Source of the DNA: Phaeosaccion multiseriatum
Lineage: Eukaryota > Protista > Ochrophyta, other classes
Length of the DNA: 64,000 nucleotides
Reading direction: 5' to 3'
Assembly (NCBI GenBank): GCA_965112735.1
Contig: OZ218950.1
Location: forward strand, 1,612,001 to 1,676,000
Positions 1 to 13,039 of this stretch are shown piece by piece. The notes beneath the pieces are model-generated. The model made no database searches. It saw nothing but the letters and a program-made list of their open reading frames with translations, and was not told the DNA's origin. The position numbers were made by a program, and so were the translations under genes. Numbering within the stretch: the stretch's first letter is position 1; each line of letters starts with the position of its first letter.

Positions 1-23
1 AACGCCGTAACTTTTCCCTTGCT

Positions 24-385
24 ATGGGAGAGGGTCTCCGTATCGAGAAGACAAGACTATCCTTTCTCCTCATTGCCCTTCTTCTCACCGTCTGGGGCAG
101 CAGTTTCGGTCCCCAAGGAAGTACCGAAGCCGTATTTGTTCAGGCCTTTGTGCAGCAGGGGCCTGTAGGCCGTAGATGTCACAACAAAACGGTAACTCGA
201 GCTGTGGGGGGGTTGAGCCCATTTCCAGCCGACACAGGGCCAGCTGGTGCTGTAGAAGGGATTGAGGAGACCCACCAAGATTGGTGTCGGAGGGGCTTCC
301 TTTTCTTCAAGGTGAGCTCCGCAAATCCACCCCCGCTGCTCCGGTCCTATCTCTCCCTTGACCCCTGTCTCTCTCTCTGTATCTA

Positions 386-435
<50 letters not shown>

Positions 436-1288
436 TCTCTCTCTGTGCGCGTGTATCCTCTCCCTCTCTTCTCATACCACACGCGCTCAGGAGGGTCTGC
501 TTGCAGAAGCAGAGACATGCTTCCTCAAAGCCGCGGGAGGAGATGCAGGCACGAGCGAAGAACTACCGCCACCAGTAGCAGTAGCAGCAGACGCATACTT
601 CGGCCTTTGGAAGACGCTCTACCTGCAGCGCCACGCCAACTCCAGAGTCCGTACCAGAGCCGCCGATGCCCTGAGGACTGCACTGCGCTTGGAGCCGGCG
701 TGGCAAGAGACAGACAGCAGACTGATTGCCAGCGGGGCCATCAACCAAGTCGCGGCGGCCTTCACAGGTACGGAGGGGAGGGGGCGCTGTAGTTGGGCCT
801 TTTGAGTCTCTTACCCGGGACCTTGTGAGGAGCCTTGAGCGGGCAGCCATGCTTCCCATCCTCTTGCTGTCGGCCTGTATCACCCCCCCAGCACCACCAC
901 CACTCCTACTCTCTCCCTGCAACCTCGCACACACACAATGCCGCCCCACCACACAGTTTGGCTCGACACCTCTCACCGGCCCTGCCTCTGTTCCCTCCCT
1001 CTCCAGATGATGACAGCATGGCCGACGCTGGACTCCAACGCGCCTGCCAATGCCTTCGCACCGGCCTAGCCAAGCACGGGTACACAGCCGCCGGCATGGA
1101 GTCTGTGTTTGGGGTATCCTCCCACCCATCCCTCGGCGGAAACACGATGGGCCCGTACTACACGGCGCGGTCCACCGATCACACCTCACCGCCCCCGCCC
1201 CCCCTGGAGAGGTGGAGTGCTCAAGATCTGCTCACGCGCTTGTTGCTGCTCGGGCTCACGGTCAGCGAGAAGCAAGTGGTGAGGAGGT

Positions 1289-1333
<45 letters not shown>

Positions 1334-4158
1334 CCCTCTAGTGCTCAAGTGTCTCCAACACATCTCTCGTCCCGGCCTCTCTCGGCTCCCAGATCAGATC
1401 AGTCATTCATCTCACGCCCTTTTGAGTCACCCTCCTCTCTCCTCTCTCCTCTTAATTTCCTTCGTTCTCTCTGCTCTTCTACTTCCCTACGTGCAACCAG
1501 AGCGAAGCCGTGGGCGCTCCTTTCGTCGAGGCCCTCCACACCCTGGGCCTTGTCGGCGACAGCCTCGTCTCGGCCGGTGCTACAGTTGGCACCAGCAGGA
1601 GCGGCAGCAGCAGCAGCAGCAGCAGCAGCAGTGGTGACGGGCGCCTCACTCCGTTTGTGCAGGTCTTCCCTTTGCGCCCCGATGCCATGTTGCACTCCTC
1701 TTCGAGTTCAGGCGGTGGGGGTGACAGCAACAGCAGCAGTGGCGAGGACTTGTATTTCGTCACTGACTGCCCACCTCCCACGTCCACAACACTAGAAAAA
1801 GAGGTATGTGGGGAGACCGAGCGACCATCTGTGAAGTCTGCAACGGCCGCGTGGGTTTGTTTTACCTCCATTTTCACCCCCGGTGTAGTCAACGAGGCTG
1901 GCGTGGCGGCGTGGGGAGGCGGCATCTCTTTCTCCTTCTCCGCACTTGTCCACGTATCTATCACCTCCCTCGCCCTCTCACGCCCTCTCTCTGTCCGTGC
2001 CTGTACTCGTGCATTGCTTGCTGCTGCGTGTGTGCGTGTGTGTGTGCCGCTCCCAGCCTGTCATGTACATTGGACCGGACTCGCTGGGCCTCGTCAACTC
2101 CCTGCGACCACTGCTAGAGACTGGGCGGGGACAGCAGGAGGCCGAGGCTGGGACTGACACTGAGACAGCGGCTGTGGCGTCTGAGTATGGGCCAGCAGGG
2201 AGCGAGGGGCGAGATGGGCAGCAGTTGGTGATACAGCAGCGAGTGTCACGTGCCCCTGCTGTGCGACACATCCTCGACCTCTGCTGTGGAAGGTTGGTCG
2301 GTGTGTGTGTGTGGGTGGGTGGGTTGGTAGACGACAGGGTGATGGGTATGTAGGTGTGTGTGAGGGTGTGTTTGTATATAGGGTTTGGGGCTTCTTTCTC
2401 TTCCTTCTCTTGGCCAGGGTCCCTTCCTCTTTCTTCTCTCCCTCACCTCCCTTGGATACCTTCTCCATCTTTTTTCCCTCGACTCTACCATACATCCCCT
2501 CCTCTTGCCTCTCAGCCATTCTCCCCTACTCCCCTCTCCCGTCGCCTTACCCCATCCTTCCTGTTTCCAGCGGTATTCAGGGACTGGTGGCTCTGGCGGC
2601 CTGTCTCCCCTCTGCAGACTCTGCAGACTATTCTGCCACACTCGTGGACATCAACCCCCGAGCACTTCGCTTCTCGCGCCTCAACGCCGTCCTCAACTCT
2701 CTCTCTAGCCATGTACACACGCGACTGGGAGACCTCTACGATGGCCTAGCAACCGACGAGGGAGAGGGAGGACCAACATGCAAAGGAGCAGGACGAGGGA
2801 AGACGCCCGGTCCGAAGAAGAAGTTGAAGTTCGACCTCATCCTCGCCAATCCGCCTTTCGTGCCCGTGCCTGCTGAATCACCAACTGCTGCGGGTATAAT
2901 TGCGGCAAGGCGCTACGACTTGTTCGCGGCGGATGAGGGCAGCAGCGGAGAGGGCGTGCTTTCCAGGGTCGTGGGTGGTGCCGGGGCATGGCTGGATGGT
3001 AAGTGGCGGCTTTGTCTCAACGACGGGGGAGGATGGGCGGGGGGGTAGTTTGTCTCTACTTATATTAGACACCTGCTTCGGTTCATGTATGGAGCCCTGC
3101 AACTGGTACATCTCTCTCCCGCTTTCTTCTTTCTTTCCTTCCTTCCTTCCTTCCTTCCTTCCTTCCTTCCTTCCTTCCTTCCTCCCTTCCTTCCTTCCTA
3201 ACCCTGAAACTGAAAACTGTGATGTATTGTGTCTGCCCCTGTGTTGACTCGCCTGTGTGTGGCCCTGCGGTGGCAGCGGAGGGACTTGGGTTGGTCGCCG
3301 TGGTGAGCGAGCTCGCCAATCCTGACGACACAGACCTCTTCAGCCGCAAAGTGCGGGGTTGGCTACAGCCACAGCAGCAGCCGCCGCCGCCGCCGCCGCC
3401 GCCGCAGCAGCAGCAGCAGCAGTTGTTGTTGTTACAGGAGCAGCAGCAACAGGAGGAGGAGGAGGAGGAGGAGGAGAGGTCTGCTCAACGTCAGTGGCGC
3501 ATTAGCGTGCTCTACGCTGACCCGCCCATGTCTGGCAGGGAGTACATCACCCGTCGTGCGGGGAGTCCCGTGGAGGGGCGGGCGTGGCTCGAGAGCTTTG
3601 AACGCGAAGGTGGGGTAGTGAGGGCAGGGGAATACGGGACGGGAGATGGGTGTAGTATATGTGGTTCTGAATAGGACTGCATGGGTCTGAATGGATCTGA
3701 GTGGGTCTGAATGGGTCTGAGTGGGTCTGAGTGGGTCTTAGTGGGACTGAGTGGTGGTGGGGATGGCGGGGGGGCAGGGAATGTTTCTTTCACAAGCTCA
3801 GGGGTGCCGAGGTATAAGGAGGATAGGAGAGAAAATCGGTCTCCTCCTCAAATCGTCGCCATTTGCGCGAAAGCAAAGATCTATACGTCACTACTTGTAT
3901 TCTCGCCTTCAAACTCACTCTTCTCCTCCCCCCCATCCTCTCTGCCCTGCCGTCTCTCTTCCCCCCCCCCCTCCCCAAAGGAATACACAGCTTTTGTCCG
4001 GGATTTCTCTTCCTCTCCAACGAGGCTCGACCCCCGCCGAGCCCCCTGACCGGCTCTATAGCCCCCGCTGACGGCACGACTACGACGACTACTACTACTT
4101 CTCCTCCTCCTCCTCCTACTACTACTACTACTACTAGTACTTCTCCTCTTCCTACTAC

Positions 4159-4194
<36 letters not shown>

Positions 4195-4444
4195 TATTGC
4201 TGCTTCTCCGGCTGGTGCTGAAATGCTCCGTTCAGCTGGCGAAGAGCAGAGAGCGCAGCCGGTTGCCGAGACGGGGGAGGCGTTGCCTTTCGCCTTCACA
4301 TTCACGCCCGTGCAAAGGCTCTGGAGCCCCCACTGCGAGGAAGCGGTGGCCACGATTCGAGCTGCAGCAGTCAGAACAGCGTTGGAAGGGGGCAGGGCAG
4401 AGGAGGGGAGGAGGTGTGAAAAAATGCAAGAGGGGGGGGGCTAA
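24..4444 (+). CDS. TPR-containing class I SAM-dependent methyltransferase (MTS/HemK-related, NPPF motif), 8 exons, possible N-terminal targeting peptide
   Basis: GT-AG model 24-311, 491-767, 1007-1278, 1501-1803, 2057-2292, 2571-2998, 3277-3609, 3981-4444 stays in frame. Motifs: VMYIGPDSLGL, ILDLCCG/SGIQGL (motif I), LVDINPRALRFSRLNA, GDLYDGL, FDLILANPPF. TPR-like helices WCRRGFLFFK/EGLLAEAETCFLKAA and DAYFGLWKTL...ALRTALRLEP. Confidence 0.85.
2219..2240 (+). repeat. Reference copy of the dispersed (CAG)n-TTGGTGATA-(CAG)n motif, coding QQLVIQQ
   Basis: CAGCAGTTGGTGATACAGCAGC; further copies are listed in the findings. Confidence 0.85.
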
Positions 4445-4652
4445 ATAAGATCACAGCTTGAGTGAAACTGTGGGATGGGCTGTCCCACAGACCGAGGGGG
4501 ATATAAACCCACCCAGGGATATAGGCATGGATGGGCATTGGGTCTGGCTTTAAACACTTTTCGAACAACATCCAAGTTGTTGCCAATGCAATTTCATTCA
4601 TTTTTGTACCGATTGAAACAATGCGCCTCCCCCTCCTCTCCTCCTGCCTATG

Positions 4653-7463
4653 CTATGAGAGCAACACACGCCTGGCCTCTACAATGTCAAAGAGCTTCAC
4701 CGGCTCGCCCCCTATCGCCCCCCCCACTGTCTTTCCTCCTTTGTTTCCACCGCCAGCCACTGCCATCCACTGCCCATCCTCACTGAAGGCGCAGGAGTAC
4801 AGTGGAAGGTTGGACATATGTATCGCTTGGAGCGCCGTCGCCATACCATCGGCACTGACTGACGCAGAGCAATTCCAGACCTTGAGGTAGCAATCGCTCG
4901 ACCACGTGAAGAGCAGCTGAATGTCGTTGTCGCCACCACCACCACCACCACCACCACCACCATTGGCTGCCATCCCACCCCCACAACCATTGACTGCCAT
5001 CCCATCACCACCACCAGCACCACCATCGCCACCACCACCAGCAGCGGCACCAGTAGCAGCCGCAGCCGCAGTAGTCGCAGTAGTAGCAGCAGCCGCCGCA
5101 GCAGCAGTAGCAGCTCTAGCGGCCGCCGCCGCCGGATAAAATGCCGCCCCATACACCGGGCGTGCGTGCGCGCCAAGCAGGACGGCTCTGAGACTCCACG
5201 TGTGCATATCCCACAGCACCACACTTCCATCACTCCTGCCCGCCACAAGGAGGGAGGCATCTTCGGACCAGGTTAGGCAGGAGATTTGAGACTCCTCTAT
5301 CCCCAGGTTGGGGGGAAGCTGCAGCACGGCGATTTCCGGTGGGCAAGGGGTGGGAGTGGGGAGAGGCATATGGGTAAGCGGGGGCTTTGGCTCTCCTGCT
5401 GCTACCCTTGCTGTTGGTGGTACAGTTGATGGTGCTGTTGCTGGTCTTGCTGGTGCTGGTACTGTTGGAAAAGTTGCTGGTGCTAATACTGGGGTGGGTG
5501 TTGGTGCCGATGCTGGTGGCGGGGGTGATGCTTGGGGGCATCGGGAAGAGGCGATATCATCACCATCGTGTACCGGGCCGGCTGGGGCGGAGGTAGATGC
5601 CGCGGCTGCCGTATCACCAACTACTCCTGCTGCTGCCGTGTCACCAACTGCTGAAGGAGGAGAATGAGGAGGATCCGTCCATTGCGACAAGTCGTGTATC
5701 CGGACGGATCCGTCACTAAGGGCTGCTGCCACGAGCCATCGGCCTCGACCCCGAGCATAACCCCATTCACTTTGTCCATCGCCTTCCTCCCCCCCCTCCT
5801 CCTCCTCCCCCCCCCCCTCCTCCTCCTCCTCCTCCTCCTCCTCCTCCTCCTCCTCCTCCTCCTCCTCCTCCTCCTCCTCCTCCCCGTTGCGTAGACTCGA
5901 CGTATCACCACCACTGCCGCCGCTTCCCCCGCTTCCACCCCCGCCAACGCCGCCACCCGTGGACGAGCGACCGCTACCATCGCATGGACTGCTCTCCTCC
6001 TCAGCACCAGCACCACTGGCGGTTTTGGCGGTATCGGATCCTAACGGGTGAGTAGTGTTGGTACCAGTGCCAATCGGTGGTGTTTCTATTGGGAGGGGCA
6101 AGGGCGGGGGTTTGGATTTTCCCGATGAAGAGGACGAGGACGAGAGGCGCACCGGCCGCGGCGAGAGCTTCGCGTCAAAGACAAAGGCCAGGTCGGAAGG
6201 GTTCCTCACCCCTCCCACGGACACGCCCCCGGCCACCTTGGTGAAGGAGCACTGCGCCACTCCCTGGTGCGTGTCGATATCCCACACACTCAACAGGTTG
6301 TCACTGGATGTCAGCAAGTGGTGCAACCGCCGCCGCCGCTGGTGCTGGTGCTGGTGCTGGTCCTGCTGGTGCTGGTGTGTTCGGTGCGGCAGGTCGGGGC
6401 CAGGACCACTGCTGCTGCTCCTGCTGCTCCTGTTGCTACTGTTGATGCTACTACTTCTACCTCTACTGGCTGCTGCGCTGCCAACGTATTCTTCGCTCTC
6501 GGCCCCCACCCGCGCAGATAGGAACTGGCAGCTATACACCTGTCCATCCAAGGAAGGCTGCGTGGGGCGAGGATGAGGGAGAGAAGATGGGTGCGCAAGT
6601 GGGAGGGGAAGGGTCGAGGGGGTGAAGACAAGTGTACTTCCCCCTTCCAATCGCATGCCTTTCGTCGGTGTACCCTTCCTTGCCCCTCATTCGTCAGAGG
6701 GACCATTTACGTACCCCTCGGTGGTCGAGCTTGCCAATCATTCTGAGCGGATCAACCCTGCTCCCTCTTGACATCTCCGAGCGTGCTCGTTTCTTGTGCC
6801 TCTCCTCCTGCTTCTCCTCGTCCTGTGGCTGCTTTGAGCCCCACAGCCGAACGAAGCCGTCTGCGGAGCCTGTCACCAGAGCAGCTCGGGGCTGACAACA
6901 GCACCGGGACAGAAGAGGGCGTAGATGATAGAGGGGGCAACAACGCAACGCTTAGACCGGCCGTGAGAGTGCCCTCTCCTCACTAACAAGCTTACCAAGC
7001 TGGCCCCCAGGGGTAGACTTGCATCGGTGGCCGTCAACGCCCACGCCGCCCTGAGCACTTCTCCCTTATGTCCTCTGAGGACCTCCACACATTTGCTGCT
7101 CTCCTTTGACACGCTCCACACGCGGGCTGTGCAATCTTCGCTGCAGGACACGATAGAGACCTTTGATGTGTTCCAGCACTGAAGCTGAAAGAACAGCGGC
7201 AACAGTCGGAGGGGGTGGCATGGGTTGGGGGGGCTGGCTTATGAAGGCTGACTACTAAAGCAGCGGCACACGTCAAGCAAACAGGTTGCTTGCTACCCAC
7301 GTCACATCTGCCGGGCTCTACGCACCTGCACATCGAAGATCCTCCCTTTATGACCCAGCAGTCGACGCTCATTGACTCTGCGGGACAGGCAGCGGGCGAT
7401 CGCCGCCGCAAGCCTCGTCTCTTTTGATTCCATTCTGGTCGCTTGCACTGCTGCCTCTTCCAT
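4653..7463 (-). CDS. WD40-repeat protein with long low-complexity insertions
   Basis: ATG at 7463 (MEEAAVQATR...LLGHKGRIFDVQ, then GT). Repeated WD motifs: SCSEDCTARVW, LRGHKGEV, LVTGSADGFVRLW, AGRSDGSVVLWD, WSSDCYLKVWN, CAFSEDGQWMA. Long last exon ends at 4653. Confidence 0.88.
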
Positions 7464-7671
7464 AATGGGAGATATTGAGGAAGGAGGAGGACGTCAAGGA
7501 GGAAAAGGGAAAAGATGAAAAGATGTCAAATTGTATCACCAACACACGAACGAAGACCACTTTCCAAATTTCTTATTTCGACGTTTCATTCTGATTTGGA
7601 AATTGCTTTTCTGCGCTTCTTTCCCCAGTGGGGAGCAGAGGAGAGCAGAGGTCGAGGTCGAGGTCGAGGTC

Positions 7672-10600
7672 ATGATTGGCCCCCCTAGGAAGGGCAGTAG
7701 AAGGGAGGAGATGGAAGAGAGACGAAGGAGCAGTGCGAGAGCAAGTATCAGCATTCGGAGGGTCTCCAGGAAGAGCAGCATAAGGGAGGAGATGGCGGAG
7801 AGACGAAGGGGCAGTACGAGAGCAAGCAAGATGATTAAGTTCACCGCAAAGTCAAACTTAACAGCCAAACCCCCTTCCGAGCCCCTTGTCGTACGGTCCT
7901 CAGTGCGACCCAGCTCTCGAAGAGGGCGACTGCAAGCGAAGCAGGAGGGAGGAGAAATGCAGGACAATGCACCCGCAGGAGCAGGAGGGGGAGTAGGAGC
8001 AGTAGAGTCTCCGGGAGAGGCACCAACAGCACCAGGGGGGGCGGACGTTGGGCAAGGCGAGCTGTCAGACAAGGAGAACAGCACGAGAAAGGGCGAGGTT
8101 GAATTACTTGGTGGTGATAATATGCTCTCCGTGGTGGTGAAAGTCAAAGGTGTTGTTGCGAACGATTCAGGCACGGATTTCGATCGCCCGGTCCTTGCCT
8201 CAGACATCGCGTTGACGCGGGAAAGCCAGCAAATAGCACGGGAAGTTGAGCAGCTACCAGGAGCGAGGAACAGTCAGCAAATACCGCGAGATAGCACGCT
8301 CATTCCGAGAAATCAGCAGCAGCTATACAGGCCTAAAAGCGAAAGGAGCTTGACCGCAGAGAGCGATAGTGACCGTGACGTCGACACTTCCGCCAAAGCT
8401 GACAACGACGGGGAGGCTTCGCGTAGGAGGAAAGAGGGGGCGGAGCCTTCGACATCAACACAGGAGGCGTCACCCACATTGGCATCATTGCCTGTGGCAG
8501 CAAATCCTGATCCTAATCCTGAGCCAGAAGAGGCGGAGGCAAGCGAGGGAGGGGAAGATGTAGTTACGGGCTTAGACTGCTTGCAGAGATCAATAGAGGG
8601 GAGCTTGGATTGCTCCCAGACTCCAATAGTGGAGGAAGAGGAGGGGCAGGAAGAGGGACCAGAACCGGAATTACAAGCGCCGAAAAGGGGAGAAGTTGGA
8701 GGAGGGGGAGGGGGACGGGGAGGTGATGGGGATGGTGGGAAGGTGCCCAGTGTACGGAAGCGTGAGAGCACCACAGCGCAAGAGGTGGCCAAGAAGCGAG
8801 GATCTGTCCGGACCAGCAAAGTGATAGGAACTTATGAGGACAGCGTGACGGCGACGAACGTTACTAATATGCGCCCCAGCGCTCGTATGCGGTTGCGAGC
8901 CGAAAGGACAATCGAGACGGGGAACAGGGCAAGTCAGGTCGTACGTGTGACTGCTCCGATTGGGGCTCGGAAGCACCCGCGCAGAGATAGCAGCGACAAG
9001 AGCGACCGCAGAGGGAGCTCCAGTAGGGCGGGAGAGAGTACGATGGAAGAAGGGCCTTCGGAAGAGAAGAAGAAGCAGAAGGAAGAGGAGAAGGAGGAGG
9101 AGGAGGAGCAGGAGGAGCAGGAGGAGAACGAGCAAGCGGAAGAGGACAAGAGTACCGAGCGGCGGCGAGCAGAAAAGGCAGTAAAGGCGGAAGCGGGCAG
9201 GAAGGCTGGGCTTGCGGCGAAGGTGGTCAAGAAGATTACAGCGGGACTGACAGTTCGGAACAAGGCCGATAAATGGCGCGAGACGACAGAGGCGCAGGTC
9301 AGGGGGCATGAGGTGGAGGCAGGCGTGGTGGAGAAAGTACAGGTGGCTCTTCCCACTCCACTCAGAAAGGCTCACTTTAGCATAGGGAAAGTGCTCGGCA
9401 TGGGAGGGTACGGACTAGTGAGGCTGGCGAGGCACAATTCAACACAGACGGTCTGGGCCATCAAGAGTATGCTGAAGGTGAGGGGAGGGAGGGGAGGGAG
9501 GGGAGGGAGGGGAGGGAGGGGAGGGAGGGGAGGGAGGGGAGGGAGGGGAGGGAGGGAGAGGAGGGGGAGGGAGGGAGAGAGGGAGGGAGGGAGGGAGGGA
9601 GGGAGGGAGGGAGGGAGGGAGGGAGGGAGGGAGGAAGGGAGGGACGGAGAGAGGGAGGGACGGAGGGAGGGACGGACGGAGGGAGGGAGGGAGGGAGGGA
9701 GGGAGGGAGGGAGGGAGGGAGGGAGGGAGGGAGGAAGGAAGGAAGGAAGGAAGGAAGGGAGGAAGGGAGGGAGGGAGGGAGGGAGATGGAGGGAGGAAGG
9801 AAGGAAGGAAGGAAGGGAGGAAGGGAGGGAGGAAGAAAGGGAGGTAGGAAGGAAGGAAGGAAGGAAGGAAGGAAGGAAGGAAGGAAGGAAGGAAGGAAGG
9901 AAGGGAGGAAGGAAGGGAGGGAGGGAGGGAGGGAGGGAGGGAGATGGAGGGAGGGTGTGTGCGATGGGATTGCCTATTGAAGCCTCTCTGCATGTGTGAG
10001 AAATGATTTGTGGTTGGGAACTCCTCCTCTGCCCCCCCCTCTCTTTCCTCTCCACAGAGAGAAATCCTAGAAGCCAATATGGCTGGGTACGCGGAGGAGG
10101 AGCGCAAGGTCTTGTGCTCCTTGGTCAGCCCCTTCATCGCACAGATGGCAGGTACGAACAACCAAGCTCTGCATGACTGCCTGGGAAAGAGCAACGGCGG
10201 AGTGATGTGGAAGGGCAGTAGCTACGTACACCGAAATTTCTATTCCACCCTCTGGCCTTATCCACCCGCCCGTCCTTGCTGCTTTCACTGCTTCCACAGG
10301 AACGTTTCAAGACGAACGCAAGATATACATTGCGATGGATTATGCCCGCGGGGGAGAGCTGTACAAGATTTTGTTGCACAAGAAACAATTCGAGGAGCAT
10401 GAAGTGCGCTTTTACGGGTGTGAGATTGCCTTAGTACTGCACCACATTCACCAGAGCAATGTCATGCATAGAGATATGAAGATGGTGAGTGGAGGGAGGG
10501 ACACGTCACACTTACACATACACACACGCATACACACATGCTCTCTCAATCACTCTCCCTCTTGTTCACTCTCACGCTCTCCAACACACACACACACTCT

Positions 10601-12621
10601 CACACATACCTCTCTCTCGCGCACACACTCACTCACCCTTTGCTACTGCATGCTGTGCGCCTCCTCCGCACGTCTACTCGGAACCCCCCCCCCCCCAATC
10701 TGCAGGAGAATCTCCTTGTGGACGGAAGAGGACACCTCAAGCTCGTGGACTTTGGCTTTGCGAAGGTCCTACCAGAAGGAGCGGTAACTTACTCCATGTT
10801 CGGGACACCAGAGGTAAAGGACAATTCATTGACATATAGGAGAGCAACCTCAATACTACTATTATTACGTACGTGTGTGTGTGTGTAAAGGAGGGAGAGA
10901 GAGGGGGGGGGGGGGGATAGACATACCCATACCCCTTCAACTCTATACCCCATACCCCATATGACACACTCTATGCAGACCTTACACTCCTCTCCCTCTC
11001 CCTCTCCCTCTCCCTCTCCCTCCCCCTCCCCCTCCCCCTCCCTTGTTACGATCGATGCAGTACGTGGCGCCGGAGCTTCTGACGAGCACGGGGCACGGAC
11101 ATATGGTGGATTGGTGGGCATTCGGCATACTTCTCTTCGAAATGTTCACTGGAGTCACACCTTTCGCCTCTGCGGACGTCAACGCCATGTACGTGTAGTG
11201 GGGTGTACTCTCTTCGCTTCTCTTCGCTTCTCTTCGCTTCTCTTCTCCTCTCCTCTCCTTTCCTCTCCTTTCCTCTTCTCTTCGCTTCTCTTCTCCTCTC
11301 CTCTCCTTTCCTCTCCTTTCCTCTTCTCTTCGCTTCTCTTCTCCTCTCCTCTCCTTTCCTCTCCTTTCCTCTCCTCTCCTCTCCTCTCCTCTCCTCTCCT
11401 CTCCTCTCCTCTCCTCTCCTCTCCTCTCCTCTCCTCTCCTCTCCTCTCCTCTCCTCTCCTCTCCTCTCCTCTCCTCTCCTCTCCTCTCCTCTCCTCTCCT
11501 CTCCTCTCCTCTCCTCTCCTTGCCTCTCCTTTGCTCTCCTGTCCTCTCCCCTCCTATCCTCTCCTCTCCCTCATCTCCTCTCGCTCATCTCCTCTGCCCT
11601 CCTCTCCCCTCCCATCCTCTCCTCTCCGGTCCTCTCTGGCACATTCACTCACTCACTCACTCACTCTCTCTCTCTGTCTCTCTTGCTCTCTCTCCTTCTC
11701 TCTCTCCCCATCTCTCCCTCCCCCCGCCCTCGCTCCCCTATCTCTTTTCTCTCTTCCTCTCTCTCTCCCCCCCTCCCTCTCTACGTGACCAGGTACGATG
11801 CCATAATGTGGGATGAAGTGGACTTTCCGGACAACATCCCTGCTCCTGCCCGCTCCCTCATCAAGGGCCTACTTGCAAAGAAACATAACAAGAGACTCGG
11901 GTCTAAGCGGAAGGGGGGCATCCAGGGCATCAAGGTGTGTATGTGCGTGCGTGGGTGCGTGCGTGTGTTCTGGAGAGCGTATCAACATGGTCGACATTGA
12001 TCGAGGTCGATGAACTGACATGTAAACCGAAATAGAAGCTTGCCTCCACCAAGCGCTTGCTTTCTGTCCGACTGTGTGAGGTTTGACTCGTCTCTCACGC
12101 CACCCCCTAACCTTCCTACTCTCTGTTTATTCTGAAACGCCCGCTCTCGCGTGGGCCTCTCAGTAGCGCTCCACACACTAAGCTTGAGTTTCAAGTCGTG
12201 AGTTTGCTAACCCTATCCATCCCTCTCTCCCCTCTCCGCCCTTCGCCCTCTCCGCTCTCCGCCCTCCCTCCGCCCACCCACCCACCCACCCACCTCTCCC
12301 TCTCCTCTCTTCCCTACTTTCCTCTCTATCCCATCCACCCCCCTCTCCTCCTCTTCCCCTAAACAGAGCCATCCATGGTTCTCCAGCGTCCGTTGGGACA
12401 GGGTAGAGGCTCGCAAAGTAAGGGCACCCGAAGCGATGCTTAACATGGTGGGTTGTATCGATGATGACATCAGCGCCGACGCTCAGGAGCAATGGGATGA
12501 CGCATTGTTCGAGCCCTGCCAGGACGCGATTGACATCGAGGAGGAGGACATGCTGACGGAGCCCTTCGATTGGAAGACGGAGCAGTCGGGATTGTTGGAG
12601 GACCCCTTCAGAAACTTTTGA
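7672..12621 (+). CDS. AGC-family Ser/Thr kinase (PKA/PRKX-like catalytic domain) with ~570-aa disordered N-terminal extension
   Basis: Exons 7672-9477, 10058-10151, 10300-10484, 10706-10813, 11061-11188, 11793-11934, 12367-12621 give [52 protein letters not shown] and a terminal FxxF (FRNF*). Start codon is the least certain part. Confidence 0.92.
9480..9955. repeat. Almost pure-purine compound microsatellite (GGGA/GGAA)n filling kinase intron 1
   Basis: Read directly. Confidence 0.95.
11210..11780. repeat. Polypyrimidine (CTCTC)n / (CT)n tract in kinase intron 5
   Basis: Read directly. Confidence 0.95.
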
Positions 12622-13039
12622 GAATTGACTTTCGGTTGATTGACTGATTGACTGATTGGTCGATAGGTCGTCTGAAGCTTCGAAATAGCCGAAGGTCAGA
12701 GGAGGGTAGGGGTACGGAGGTGGGAAGCAAGGGTTAATGTTGACAACTGCATCGACGAGACCGTGGTGAGGGCAATCAGGAGAGACCATTCGCGACCGGT
12801 GCCTCGCCGCGTGCAGTACATACATCCTTTGCGCTCTCCTCTCCCCTCCGCTGGTGGCCGCATCTTCATCCATGCTTCGTTTCACTTGTGTAGTATTTTA
12901 ATTATATTTGTATTAATTCTTACTCTCCCTTGTCTGTCTATCTGTCAGATGTCTCTCTTCTTATCTCGTTCTGTCTCTCCCTCCCCACCTCTCTCGTTTT
13001 CCTACTACTCTTCGATGCTGCCCAGAGTCCGCAGAGCAA

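Noticed and set aside
7531-7671. N-terminal extension of the kinase ORF in the ORF track
   Set aside because: Begins at a TTG in the AT-rich divergent promoter; first in-frame ATG is 7672.
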